Positions 21,530-32,160 of a DNA stretch of 64,000 bases are shown piece after piece; position 1 is the stretch's first letter; each line of letters opens with the position of its first letter. The notes below the pieces were generated by a model that saw only the letters and a list, made by a program, of their open reading frames with translations, was not told the DNA's origin and ran no database searches. The position numbers and the translations under genes were made by a program. This DNA comes from an uncultured Chloroflexia bacterium (lineage in GTDB: Bacteria > Chloroflexota > Anaerolineae > CG2-30-64-16), in the NCBI GenBank assembly GCA_963810095.1, contig CAWEMM010000008.1:32001-96000 (forward strand), given 5' to 3'.

Positions 21530-21557
21530 TTGACAACGTGCGGCAGTGGATTATAAT
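21530..21557 (+). promoter_or_regulatory. Consensus sigma70 promoter of tRNA-Gly
   Basis: TTGACA (21530) - 16 bp - TATAAT (21552). Confidence 0.8.
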
Positions 21558-21588
21558 GCCAGCCGTGTCTGGCCGAGGCCGGACCGAT

Positions 21589-21660
21589 GCGGGTATAGTT
21601 CAGCGGTAGAACGTCAGCTTCCCAAGCTGGATGTCACCGGTTCGAATCCGGTTACCCGCT
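21589..21660 (+). tRNA. tRNA-Gly (anticodon CCC)
   Basis: GCGGGTATAGTTCAGCGGTAGAACGTCAGCTTCCCAAGCTGGATGTCACCGGTTCGAATCCGGTTACCCGCT cloverleaf. Confidence 0.96.
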
Positions 21661-21747
21661 CTTCACTACGATCCGGTAGTGGTTCTCGGCTACCGGCGCC
21701 ACGTATCTAGTGGCACGGCGCTCAAATCAGGGAGGGAACCATGCCGC

Positions 21748-22680
21748 ATGACACTCAGCTTCGGCAAAACGGTGAACCAGCTGTTCGTGCTTCGCCAGAC
21801 CGCAACCCCTCGATCTGACCCTCGACATTTTCATCACGGCGAAAGAAGGCCGAGCGCTGCACGCCGCGCACCATCGAAACCTATCGCTTGACCCTCGGGC
21901 GGTTCCGCGACTGGCTCCGCGATCAGGAAGTGACGCAGGCCGAGGATCATGCCCGCACCACATCCGCCTGTTCCTGGCCGAACTGGACAAGACAGGGTCT
22001 GGCCGCATGCCTACATCCACATCCATGCCCGCGCCATCAAGACCTGGGTGCGCTTCCTGCATCGCCGAGGAGCTGATGCCGACCGACCCATGGCGAAGGT
22101 CGCGATGCCCCGGCTGGACAAGACGATCCTCCCGGCATTCACACCGAAGACGTAGGCAACTGCTGAACGCTTGCGGCACCGAGCGGGATAAGGCCCTGGT
22201 CGTACTTCCTGCTTGATCGGGCTGCCGCGCAGCGGAGCTCGTGCGCGCTGAACGTTAGGTGACGTGAACAGCAAGAGCGGCAGCGTCATGATCCGGCAGG
22301 GCAAGGGGCGAAAGGACCGCGTCGCTTTCCTGGGGTCAAAAGCGCGCAAGGTACTGATGAAGTACATGATGACCCGTCCTGATGCTCCCGACGATGAACC
22401 GCTGTTTCCGTCGAGCAAGACCGGCGGCGCCTTGACCCCCGATGGCTTGCTTTTGCTGCTGCGCCGCCTGGGCAAGAAGGCCAACGTCCCGCACTGCCAT
22501 CCTCACACTTTCAGGCGCAGCTTTGCCTTGTGGTCCTTGCGGGCGGGCATGAGCGTGTACGCATTGCAGCAGATTATGGGGCACTCCGATTTGAGCGTGT
22601 TACGCAAATACCTCGCGCTGGTCGACCAAGACCTGCATGAGGCACACCGGAAGCATGGCGCGGTGGATACGATGCTGTGA
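21748..22680 (+). pseudogene. Tyrosine recombinase/integrase, 5' half multiply frameshifted
   Basis: C-terminal GKGRKDR, HPHTFRRSFA, LQQIMGHSD..KYL motifs; lies immediately 3' of tRNA-Gly. Could be decay or read errors. Confidence 0.8.
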
Positions 22681-22830
22681 CCGCCGAACTCGCAGCGATG
22701 AAAGGGGCAGATGAGCCGGCTGGTGCAAGGGTGCCAAGGGTGCGTACGGCCCTTCGGCTGACCTGGGGCAAAGTGGGAGCGGCTCCGGCAGTTCCGGAGC
22801 CGCTCGCGTTGTGGCCACGCGTCGCTCAGT

Positions 22831-24525
22831 TCATTTCAGCGGGATGTCCTTCAGGCTGCTTTGCGACAGCTGCGTATTCGGCTGGACGAACTGGTTTTGC
22901 AATAGCAGGTACGCTGTCACCTGCATGTACTGATCATCGGTGAGCGAGCCGGGCGCATCAAAAGGCATAGTGCGGTGGATGAAGCTGTACATCTCGCCCG
23001 CATCGCCGTATTTCTTCAGGTTCTCCTTCGTGCCCCAGAGGGCCGGCGCGGTGACACCTTGCCCCTCCGGCCCGTGACACGCAACGCACCGCTGGTACAC
23101 CGTCTTGCCCGAGGCGGCAAGCACGGCCGCCGTCTGTCCGCTGGCAGTCGCTCCGGCAGCAATTGGCGTGCCGCCAGTTGCCGCGGCTGCGGCCGGTTGG
23201 ACCGTCGGAACCGGCGTGGGCGTGGGCAAGGTCGCCGTCACGACGATGGGATGCGGCACATACGCGCCGTACACATATCCCTGCTGGTTCCACTTCTGCT
23301 TGGCGACGTCGTACTGCACGTTACCCTTGCTGTCGATCGCCCGGGGCGTGATCGTGCCTTGCCCTTCCTTCAGGTTTGCTTCAAACGTCCAGTGCACGCC
23401 CGCCTTCTCCGTGTTCGGCGTCTCCAGTTTTGCCAGCTGCCAGGTCTTGCCGCCGTCCAGGCTGACCTCCACCTTGGCAATCGTCCCGTTCGGCGACCAA
23501 GCCATGCCTTGGATTATCTGCCTGCCGGGCTGCAGATAGGCAGGCCACGGAAGCGCCACCGCACTCTTCATCACCTGCTCGTTCACGGGCGGCCCCTTGG
23601 CAGGCGTGCCTTGCGGGGGCGTGTAGTCCGGCCCAATGAAAACATAGCTGTTGGTGTTCTTATCCGTCCAGATAGGCTTTTCCGACACAGTGATCGACCC
23701 CACCCACTTGATGTTGTTGACGCCGACCCAGCCGGGTACAACAGTGCGCACGGGAAAGCCGTGGTCCCGCGGTAGCAACTCGCCGTTCATGAGGTAGGCC
23801 AGAATGACGTCCTCCTGCATGGCCTTGTCGACGGGGATCGGCCGCTCGACCTTAGGGCCATCCAGGCCGGTTGCCATGACCTGGATCGCGCTCTTGCGGA
23901 TCTTCGCACGGCTCAGAATCGCCGACAGCGGCACGCCCGTCCATTCAGCCACGCCGTAGGCACCAAAATGCCACTGCCCGCCTTGCGCGGGGTTGTTCAT
24001 CTGCGAGGTGTAGAAGGACCGGCCGTTGCCCGCGCACTCGACGTACCGCGTCACTTTGACGGAAGGCATGGCCAGGATGTCGTCGTAGGTGAGCTCGAGC
24101 GGGTTGTCGATACCGTCGCCCTTCACGATGAGCCGCCAGTTTGACACGTCGACAAACGGGGTGCTTTCGTGGCTGCGAACGAAGAAGAGCGAGTCAGGAG
24201 TCCGGTAGCCCTGGTCCACCGCTCGTTCGAGCCGGGTCTCGTAGTTTGCGCCGCCAATCGGGATGAAGAATTGCCCTGGTGTCGGTTTGAGGGTAGGTGG
24301 TCGGGACGGCGCCGCGTGCTGAGCTGCCGTCGTCCCGGCTGTCGCCGCAGCCGTTGGCGTTCCGGTTCCTGCCGCCGTCCCTGCGGCCGTCGTTCCGCTT
24401 GCGGCGGGCGCGGCAGTCTGCGCTGCGCTCGAACCTACCGCCAGGCCGGCTGCCCCGATCGCGGCGCCTCCGGCGCCCAGGGCAGTCAAGAAGTTTCGTC
24501 TGGATACGCGCTTTCTCTGTGCCAT
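22831..24525 (-). CDS. Tat-exported sulfite-oxidase-family molybdoenzyme fused to monoheme cytochrome c (SoxC-SoxD-like)
   Basis: SRRNFL Tat motif; FFVRSH, ECAGNGRS (Mo-Cys), DHGFPVR..VPGWVG..IKW; C-terminal CVACH and RTMPFDAPGSL..YMQVTAYLL. Confidence 0.88.
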   Translation of the reverse strand: MAQRKRVSRRNFLTALGAGGAAIGAAGLAVGSSAAQTAAPAASGTTAAGTAAGTGTPTAAATAGTTAAQHAAPSRPPTLKPTPGQFFIPIGGANYETRLERAVDQGYRTPDSLFFVRSHESTPFVDVSNWRLIVKGDGIDNPLELTYDDILAMPSVKVTRYVECAGNGRSFYTSQMNNPAQGGQWHFGAYGVAEWTGVPLSAILSRAKIRKSAIQVMATGLDGPKVERPIPVDKAMQEDVILAYLMNGELLPRDHGFPVRTVVPGWVGVNNIKWVGSITVSEKPIWTDKNTNSYVFIGPDYTPPQGTPAKGPPVNEQVMKSAVALPWPAYLQPGRQIIQGMAWSPNGTIAKVEVSLDGGKTWQLAKLETPNTEKAGVHWTFEANLKEGQGTITPRAIDSKGNVQYDVAKQKWNQQGYVYGAYVPHPIVVTATLPTPTPVPTVQPAAAAATGGTPIAAGATASGQTAAVLAASGKTVYQRCVACHGPEGQGVTAPALWGTKENLKKYGDAGEMYSFIHRTMPFDAPGSLTDDQYMQVTAYLLLQNQFVQPNTQLSQSSLKDIPLK

Positions 24526-24796
24526 CGTCGCGGTTCTCCTTGTGCCATCACTACATTCACGAACGCGCCTATACGATCGCTGAATCGGGACAGGGCGACT
24601 GCTTCGATCGCCTCTTCATCGTTAGATCATACTACGCGTCAGTGCCCTCGTCATGCTGCGATTGTCGCATCTGCGATCCGTCGCCGCCTAAAAACCCCAC
24701 CGGCGCCGAATACGCGCGTAACGCAAAGGCCAGCGTTGCATCTTAGTCTACCAGGACCCAGATCTCATTCGCGATGATTACCTGGAGGAGGGCAAG

Positions 24797-25390
24797 ATGA
24801 GTGTCAGAGCTGACGGCACCGCATCCTGCAAAGAAGCTGGCCGCCGCAAAGCGGAACCCAAGTTGTTGATTCCGCTGATCGTTGCCTTCACAGGCATCGC
24901 CGTGGTGCTCGCCGGCCTCGTGCTTCTCGGACTCAACGGCTCCTCGTCGTCAGCCGCCGTCTCTGCGCCCCAGGTCGGCCGCCCGCTCGCTGATTTCACC
25001 TTGACCGACCTCTCGGGCAAGCAGGTGCACCTAAGCGACTACGCGGGGCGGCCGGTTCTGATCAATGCGTGGGCCACGTGGTGTCCGCCGTGCCGCGCCG
25101 AAATGCCAGATCTCCAGCAGTTGTACCAGCGGCACGAAGAAGAGGGGTTCGTCGTGCTTGCGGTCAATGCAGGCGAGGACGCCTCGATCGTAAAGAGCTT
25201 CATCCAGCAGAGCATGTTCACCTTCCCGGTGTTACAGGACCCGCAAATGGCGCTCCTCGATGGCTTCGGCGTCCGCAGCTATCCGACGTCGATCGTCGTC
25301 GGCAGGGATGGCAGAGTGAAGCTGGTGCAGGTGGGCATGCTCACGCCCGACGCGATCAAGGGCGTCGTGGAGCCGATGATAAGCCAGTAA
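24797..25390 (+). CDS. TlpA/ResA-like membrane-anchored thiol-disulfide oxidoreductase
   Basis: TM helix, INAWATWCPPCRAEMP. Confidence 0.9.
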   Translation: MSVRADGTASCKEAGRRKAEPKLLIPLIVAFTGIAVVLAGLVLLGLNGSSSSAAVSAPQVGRPLADFTLTDLSGKQVHLSDYAGRPVLINAWATWCPPCRAEMPDLQQLYQRHEEEGFVVLAVNAGEDASIVKSFIQQSMFTFPVLQDPQMALLDGFGVRSYPTSIVVGRDGRVKLVQVGMLTPDAIKGVVEPMISQ

Positions 25391-25402
25391 GGGGCCCGAC
25401 CC

Positions 25403-26298
25403 TCAGACGCTCTGCGTCTCGGTGAGTACATCGCGAAAAGCGCGCGCGGCCGGGCTGAGAGTACGACCGATAAGCCGCACCCGCGTAAAGGTGCGGCGCA
25501 TATCGAGGCCTTTAATCGGCAGAATCACGAGTCTGCCGAGGCGGAGTTCATCGACGATCGTCGCGCGCGAGACGATCGCCAAACCCAGTCCGGCGGCAAT
25601 TGTTTCCTTGATCGCCTCCGTGCTGCCCAGCTCTACCGTATGCTTCAACTGAATCCCTCTCTGGGCGAGCGCGGCTTCGCCGACTTCGCGCGTGCCTGAA
25701 CCCACCTCGCGAATTAGGAACAGCTGGTCTTCCAGCATGCTGGCCGGCAACGGTTCTGCAGCCGCGGTGCGGACAAGGGGATGGCCTGGGGCTGCGATTA
25801 GGACCAACTCGTCAGGCCGCCACGCTTCACACTCGATGCGTTCGTCGGCGACCGGTCCCTCTACCAGCGCGACGTCCAACTGGTACTCGAGGAGCAGGCC
25901 CAGGATGGTCTGCGTGTTCTGGATCGTGAGGCGCAGGTCGATAGCCGGATGGCTGCTCAGAAAGGCCGCAATGACCGGCGGCAACAAGTAGGCCGCAATC
26001 GTCGTGCTCGATCCGACGCGGAGAGTGCCGCGGTGCAAGCCCCGCAGTGCCTGCAAATCCTCTTCGGCAGTCTGCTCGACAGATAGGATCGCGCGCCCCG
26101 CTCAGCCAGCAGCGCACCCGCCTCGGTAAGAGTCAGCTTGCCCGCGGCGCGCTCGAACAACGGCACACCCAACTGGTTCTCGAGTTCCTTCACGGCCTTA
26201 CTCACGGCGGGCTGACTGATGTACAGAACCTCGGCAGCGCGCGAGAAGCTCATGTGCTGAGCCACGACGGTGAAGATCCGCAGCAGATGCAGCTTCAT
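25403..26298 (-). CDS. LysR family regulator (CysL/YeiE-like), frameshift near 26090
   Basis: SFSRAAEVLYISQPAVSKAVKELE HTH; substrate domain GSSTTIA..REVGSGTR..LGSTEAIK. Confidence 0.9.
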
Positions 26299-26414
26299 GC
26301 CATAACCTCTTCTCATACCCCCATGAAAAAGATGTATTTGAATTATACCTGTTGTTGGAGTAAATTGTCACGAGCACTGCAAGTGGCGTGTAGCGAGTGA
26401 AGGAGTGAGTTGAC

Positions 26415-27246
26415 GTGCATCCGGTACTGTTGTTCCTCGTATCGATTGCGGCAGGGTTCGTCGGGGCGATGAGTGGGATGGGCGGCGGCGTGGTCCTGGT
26501 GCCCGCGCTGACGCTTCTTGGAATAGATATCAAGCATGCCATTGCGATCAGCATCGTCTCGGTGATCGCGACCTCAAGCGGCTCAGCGGCGGCCTACGTC
26601 CGCGACCACATCACCAATCTCAAGGTCGGCATGTTCCTGGAGATGTTTACCATAGTGGGGGCGCTGGTCGGCGCGGCTATCACCGTGGCGATCAACCCGA
26701 ACCTGCTGTTCCTGGCCTTCGGCCTCGTCCTGCTTGCATCATGGACCGCGCTGTTCCTGCAACGCAACGTGGCGTGGACGCCCGTCGCTCACGTGGACGG
26801 CTTCTCGCGCTGGCTGGAGCTGAGCGGCTCGTACTACGATCAGGCGGCGGACGAGCAGATCAGCTACCACGCCGGCCGGGCCTACTGTCGGCGGCCCGTT
26901 GATGATGGGCGCGGGGCTCATCGCCGGACTGCTCGGCATCGGTGCCGGCGCGCTGAAGGTCTTGATCCACGACCTGGTGATGGGTCTGCCTCCGAAAGTC
27001 TCCACCACGACCAGCAATCTGATCATCGGCGTCACCGCGCTGGCCGGCACCAGCGTCTACCTGGCTGCGGGCATGATCGATCCGGGTCTTGCCGCGCCGA
27101 TCATCCTGGGCATCGTCATCGGCGCATTTATCGGCACGCGGGTGCTGGTGCGGCTGCGCAATGAAGCAGTGCGCCGCTTCTTCCTGGTCGTGCTCTTCGT
27201 GCTCGGCGCGCAGATGCTGCTGCGTGGACTGGGGGTGCGGCTATGA
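26415..27246 (+). CDS. TauE/SafE (TSUP) sulfite exporter, frameshift near 26890
   Basis: GAMSGMGGGVVLVP, GLLGIGAGALKV, STTTSNLIIGVTA. Confidence 0.88.
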
Positions 27247-27760
27247 ACCGGAAGAACGAACCCGACGGAGTTAGTCGAGCAGGACGAGGTCCGGTCCAGG
27301 GCGCGCGGCAACGGCCACGAGACGATCGCACCCGATAACGGCCAACCGGCCGCATCGGAAACCGAGCCAAGCCGCGCGCCAAGGATAAGGGCCGCGAAGC
27401 AACTCAACATGGATGTCCTCGTCGGCTACGTGCTGGCGGGCGGCGTCATCACGGCGATGGTCCTCATTACCGCCGGCCTTGATCTGGCACTGGGCCGCGA
27501 CAGGCTCGCTGGGCCTGGAATATACGATGGGCGGGATGAACTTCTTCCGGTTCGTCGTGTCTGACGTGGCGACCGTCATCCGCACGGGCTTCGGCCCGCG
27601 GCGCATGATCAACCTCGGCATTGCCGTCCTGATGCTCACGCCCTTCATCCGGGTGGCATCGTCTATGGTCTACTTCGGCGTGATCGAGCACAACTGGAAG
27701 TACACGATCTTCACAGGCTTCGTACTCGCCGTTCTGACGTACAGCCTGTTCCTGAGGTAA
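27243..27760 (+). CDS. DUF1634-like membrane protein (frameshifted)
   Basis: INLGIAVLMLTPFIRV motif; usual partner of this TSUP subtype. Confidence 0.7.
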
Positions 27761-27767
27761 TTGACGA

Positions 27768-28661
27768 ATGAATCCGGTCTTGCTGCAACTCGGTCCCTTC
27801 CAGGTCCACTGGTACGGGATCCTTATCGTATTCGGCGCCGTCCTGGCCGCCTGGCTCGCCACGCACGAGGCGCGTCGCCGCGGGGAGAACCCGGAGCACG
27901 TCTGGAACCTGCTCACCTGGGTGCTGATCCTGGGCATCATCGGCGCCCGGCTGTACCACGTCTTCTCCACCCCCACGGGTGACTTCGCCAACTGGGCCTA
28001 CTACCGGCAGCATCCAATCGAAATCATCGCGTTCTGGAACGGCGGGTTCCGGGGTCTGGGGATCTATGGCGCAGTGATCGGCGGACTGATAGCCGTGGCG
28101 ATTTATGCGCAGCGCCACCAGCTCAAGCTCTTGCGCTGGCTGGACATCCTGGCGCCGGGACTGATCCTCGCGCAGGCAGTCGGCCGGATGGGCAACCGCA
28201 TCAACCAGGAGTTGTACGGTCCGCCCACTACCTTGCCCTGGGCGTTCCATATCAACCCGACCTACCCCTGCCAGGAACCGGCCGGGTCACCCCAAGCTTG
28301 CGGGACGCCCGCAGGCTTGACGGACACCGCCCGCCAGTGGTATGCGACGCACGGCTTCCATCCCACCTTCTTCTATGAGGCGGCCTGGAACATCGTGGGT
28401 TTCGGGTTGCTACTGCTCGCCGCGCGCAAAGGGCCGCGTTGGCTGCGCGATGGCGACGTTTTTTTCCTGTACCTGATCTGGTATCCGCTGGGCCGTTTCT
28501 GGGTGGAGATGTTCCGGCCCGACGCCTGGCGCATGGGTACTTTGGCCACCGCGCAATGGTTTGCGCTGGCCGGCATGGCGCTCGGCGTGCTGGGGTTGGT
28601 CCTCAACCACTGGGGCCGCAGGACGCGGCTGGAAGCAGAAGCCACGAGTTCCGGTGGCTAA
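27768..28661 (+). CDS. lgt: Prolipoprotein diacylglyceryl transferase
   Basis: VHWYG, GARLYHV, AQAVGRMGN..NQELYG, HPTFFYE, RFWVEMFR. Confidence 0.92.
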   Translation: MNPVLLQLGPFQVHWYGILIVFGAVLAAWLATHEARRRGENPEHVWNLLTWVLILGIIGARLYHVFSTPTGDFANWAYYRQHPIEIIAFWNGGFRGLGIYGAVIGGLIAVAIYAQRHQLKLLRWLDILAPGLILAQAVGRMGNRINQELYGPPTTLPWAFHINPTYPCQEPAGSPQACGTPAGLTDTARQWYATHGFHPTFFYEAAWNIVGFGLLLLAARKGPRWLRDGDVFFLYLIWYPLGRFWVEMFRPDAWRMGTLATAQWFALAGMALGVLGLVLNHWGRRTRLEAEATSSGG

Positions 28662-28802
28662 GACGAGAGAGCCCTGGCTTAGCGCTCGCAGGGTCTCGTT
28701 CAAGCTGACCGAAGACAGCGTCGCCGCTTCAGCACCTATCCCGTTGCTGAAGCGGCGATGTGATCGGCCGACGAGTCTCGCCTATGCCCAATCGGCGCGC
28801 CC

Positions 28803-29378
28803 TCAGCCAGCCGCCAAGCGATAGAAATCCATCTGATCCAGTTCGATGTGTTCGACCTGAGAGAAGCCCGCCCGTGTCGCTAGCTCAATAACCTTCGCAG
28901 GCGCGACGCGGTGCGCCAACGGCGGCCCGTAGGGCTGCTCGCGGTACGGCCACTCGAGGATAGCCACCCGCTGCCGAGCCACCCGCCGGGCTTCCCGCAA
29001 GGCAGCCAGCGGATCGTCGGTCTCGTGCAGCACGTGGCCGAGAAACACCAGGTCGAATGCGCCGTCGTCAAAGGGAAGTTGCTCTGCAGGCGCTTCTTCG
29101 AACCGGGCGCCCGGGGCATATTCGCGGGCGTGAAGCAGCAGTTCCGCATTGGTATCGATACCGGTCACGACGAGCCCGTTGTTAGCGAACGCCTCGGCGA
29201 AGATACCCGTGCCTGTCCCCGCGTCCAATACGCTCTCCACAGCCAGGCCTTCCAGGCTGAGCGCCACCACTCGCGGCACCTCGAGCCGTGCAACTCGCTC
29301 AGGAGCCCGCAAGCGATCGGCTGCTCCACTAAAACGGCGCTCGTGAAGAGCGCCCTCGGTCAATTCATCTGTCTTCAT
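28803..29378 (-). CDS. Class I SAM-dependent methyltransferase
   Basis: VLDAGTGTG, AEQLPFDDGAFDLV. Confidence 0.88.
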   Translation of the reverse strand: MKTDELTEGALHERRFSGAADRLRAPERVARLEVPRVVALSLEGLAVESVLDAGTGTGIFAEAFANNGLVVTGIDTNAELLLHAREYAPGARFEEAPAEQLPFDDGAFDLVFLGHVLHETDDPLAALREARRVARQRVAILEWPYREQPYGPPLAHRVAPAKVIELATRAGFSQVEHIELDQMDFYRLAAG

Positions 29379-29559
29379 AACTCTTCCAGACCTACCCTTC
29401 CTGTCGATCACTAAGATGCAGCCAGTCGTGCGGCGTTACGTTCTTCCGCGCTCCAGCCTGCAACCTGGGCTCTGTAACCGCTGATGGGCTGTCAGGCTCT
29501 AATACTCCGCGGACAAAGCGTGCGCTATCATGTACAAACAGATCGACCAGGTTGGAGGG

Positions 29560-30036
29560 ATGATGAATCGTCTGTCAGTCGGCGACCTTGCACCGGACTT
29601 TGGGCTGCCAGATCACGAGGGTAATGTAGTCAGGCTATCCGAGGTCCTTCGTTCGGGCAGAGTCCTGCTGGTGTTCAATCTCGGTTTCATCTGACCGCAT
29701 TGCACCAATCATATGGCGCAGTTGCGTCACGACTACCTACAATTCAAGGCTGCAGATACCGAAGTCCTGGTGATCGTGCCCAACGGGCAGAGGATGATCG
29801 CAAAGCACGTCCAGGAGCATAAGCCGCCTTATCGGATCTTGAGCGACAAGGGTGCTGAAGTCGCCCGGCAGTATGGCGCACAGCCGAAGAACCTCCCGTT
29901 CCTGAGCGCTTTCAGGCCGACGGTGTTTCTTGTAGACAAGGCGGGTAAGATCCTTTACACCAACTACACAGGTTCCTACATCGCGGAACCCGATAACAGG
30001 GAGCCGCTTGCCGTGTTAATACAAGCTGGGATCTAG
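29560..30036 (+). CDS. Peroxiredoxin-like (AhpC/TSA) selenoprotein with UxxC motif
   Basis: Frame MMNRLSVGDLAPDFGLPDHEGNVVRLSE..VLLVFNLGFI-TGA(29692)-PHC-TNHMAQLR continues in frame into ORF 29713; hairpin directly after the UGA. Confidence 0.85.
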
Positions 30037-30114
30037 CCGACGATTAGATCGGCCTGGAGCGACCCGTTCATCAAGACACTGTGGACTTGCCTGATGTCGG
30101 TCTTGCTTGCGCGG

Positions 30115-31324
30115 TCAAGGTCGAGGGCCTCCCGGATTTTGGCCTGGTCCTGGTGCCTGGGGTGTCGACTCCGGTCCTGGTCCCTGGGGTGTCGACTCCG
30201 GCCCTGGCCCTTGGGGGGTTGCCTCTTGTCCTGGCTTCTGCGGCGTTGCACCCTGAACGGGTCCTCGGGCCGTGGGATTAGGACCGGGTCCCTGGGGCGT
30301 ACTCGCCCCTGCTCCCTGAACGGTCGCGCTCGCGCGTGAACCTTGCGGCGTGGAGGTCGCATTTGGTCCCTGGGTCGTAGCCTTCCGACCCGGGCCCTTC
30401 GGTGTCGCACCAGAGATGCCCCCACCGGGAACGGGGGTGTTGCTCGGTGACGGCGTGTGACTGGTAACCGGTGCACGGGTCGGCCCCACTTGACTCCGCG
30501 CGGTTGATCCTGGCGTTGGCGTCGCGTGGACACCTCGCGTGGCGGTTACCGTCGGACCTGCCGTCGCCGGCTTACCGGGCGGCTCAGGCTGCCACATCCG
30601 GCCCGCTGTCAGCCGCACCCGCAGCGCAGCCGCCTGCAGCAACGCCCGGCGCGCAGTCTGTCCCCGCCGCCTCGCCCAGTCGTTCAAGATGCTGGGCCTG
30701 CTCCTGCAGCCGTGCCGCGAGCTCCTCCCGCTGAGGGCCGGACAGACCCGCGGCCTGCGCCGCGACGTCGTCGACGCCCTTCAACAGGGCGGCGACCGCT
30801 CGCTCATCCACTGCCTGCCGCTGGACCGTGCGGTCCAGGTCGCTAAGGCGCCGCTCCACGATCCCCATTTCAGCCCGCGCCCGGCCCTGCAGGCTCGCGG
30901 ACGAGCAATGCCGGGATCTGTTCGGCTGCCACCCTATGCCGTAAGCGAGGTCGCCCGGCTGGCTCGCGGCCACCGCGGCTGTGCTCACCACAAGACACAA
31001 AGAGCGCGACGGCGAACCCGGTCGCAAGACGCGGCATGCCGACCACAACAGCCGGCCAGCGCCACCAAGGAGCAGCACCCGGCTGGCTGCGCCGCTCGTC
31101 GCGCATGATCTCAGCGTTGAGAATTTGCGCCCGCATGCGCTGCCGGCTCGCATTGCTGATCGCATAACTGCGTAACGCGCTCACCTCCGTGGCTGCGGCC
31201 AGCAAAGGCGCCAACTCAGAGTCGCGTGCTCCGGATAGTCGGCCAGGCACGTCGCAGCCGCCTCGCCCACAGCAATGCGGTCGAGACAATGGCCCAGGAC
31301 CTGGCCAAATTCTTCCTCGTTCAT
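30115..31324 (-). CDS. Putative anti-sigma factor (DUF5667-like) with repetitive TPQGPGP tail; frameshifted
   Basis: Overlaps the ECF sigma stop; TM segment then ASQPGDLAYG motif; ~27-nt tandem units at 30130-30330. Confidence 0.6.
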
Positions 31325-31908
31325 TCCCTACCCTGCTTTGTGCCTAACAAGCGGGATAACGTACGCAGCGCCCGATGCTGCAGCCCCTCGATCGCACCTT
31401 CTGTCTTGCCCAAGAAGGCGGCCGTCTGCGCATTGCTCAAGCCTTCGCCGAACTTGCTGATCACCACCAGCCGCTGCTCTTCGGTGAGCTCCTCCAGGGC
31501 CGCCGCTAGCCGGCTCAACGCCTCCTGGCGCTCGACCTCCTCGCACGGATCGGGGCTCTGTAGGCTCACCGGTGCATTGTCGTCAAGGTCCACTTGCGGA
31601 CGCCTTCGCCGGGACCGATGATGGTCCGCGACAAGGTTCGCGGCAATCCGGTACAGCCAGGCGCTGACCGACGAAGCCGGCCGGCTTGCGTCCAGTTTGA
31701 AGCTGTGCACGTGCGTGACAACGCGCAGGAAGACCTCGCCTGTGAGATCTTCCGCCGTGCCGGGATCGCCGGTCCGCGCCAGAATGTAATGGTAGATCCT
31801 GTCGGCATAAAGGTCATACAGGCGCGCGACCGCCCCGGCTTCACCCTCCTGGCAAGACGGGATGATGGACAGCACCTGCGCATCGTCAATGGCTGCGTAC
31901 ATGATCAA
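31321..31908 (-). CDS. ECF RNA polymerase sigma factor
   Basis: AEDLTGEVF, AWLYRIAANLV, LTEEQRLV..GKTEGAIEGLQHRAL. Confidence 0.93.
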   Translation of the reverse strand: MIMYAAIDDAQVLSIIPSCQEGEAGAVARLYDLYADRIYHYILARTGDPGTAEDLTGEVFLRVVTHVHSFKLDASRPASSVSAWLYRIAANLVADHHRSRRRRPQVDLDDNAPVSLQSPDPCEEVERQEALSRLAAALEELTEEQRLVVISKFGEGLSNAQTAAFLGKTEGAIEGLQHRALRTLSRLLGTKQGRE

Positions 31909-32160
31909 TGCTCATATCAACGAGTTCCGGGGACAGGGCATACGGCCCCTCGTCTGCCACTTTCGCGCTGAGTTGTGAAGTATTCTTGAAGAGCGGGTGT
32001 AGAAGAGACGCGTAACGCATATCATGCGAAGGGCCGTATGCTGGCGCGATGCGCGGCGTTTATCCGGTTAAGAACGTGATGCTACCGAGGCAATGCCGAC
32101 CGGCCGGAGGCAGCCAAGGGGCAGCGCCGCTCTTACCACCCAGTCTAAGGAGAAACGACC

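Noticed and set aside
30128-30330. Regularly spaced repeats as a CRISPR array
   Set aside because: Units are ~27-nt codon-phased repeats without unique spacers, inside a coding tail; no cas genes in the window.
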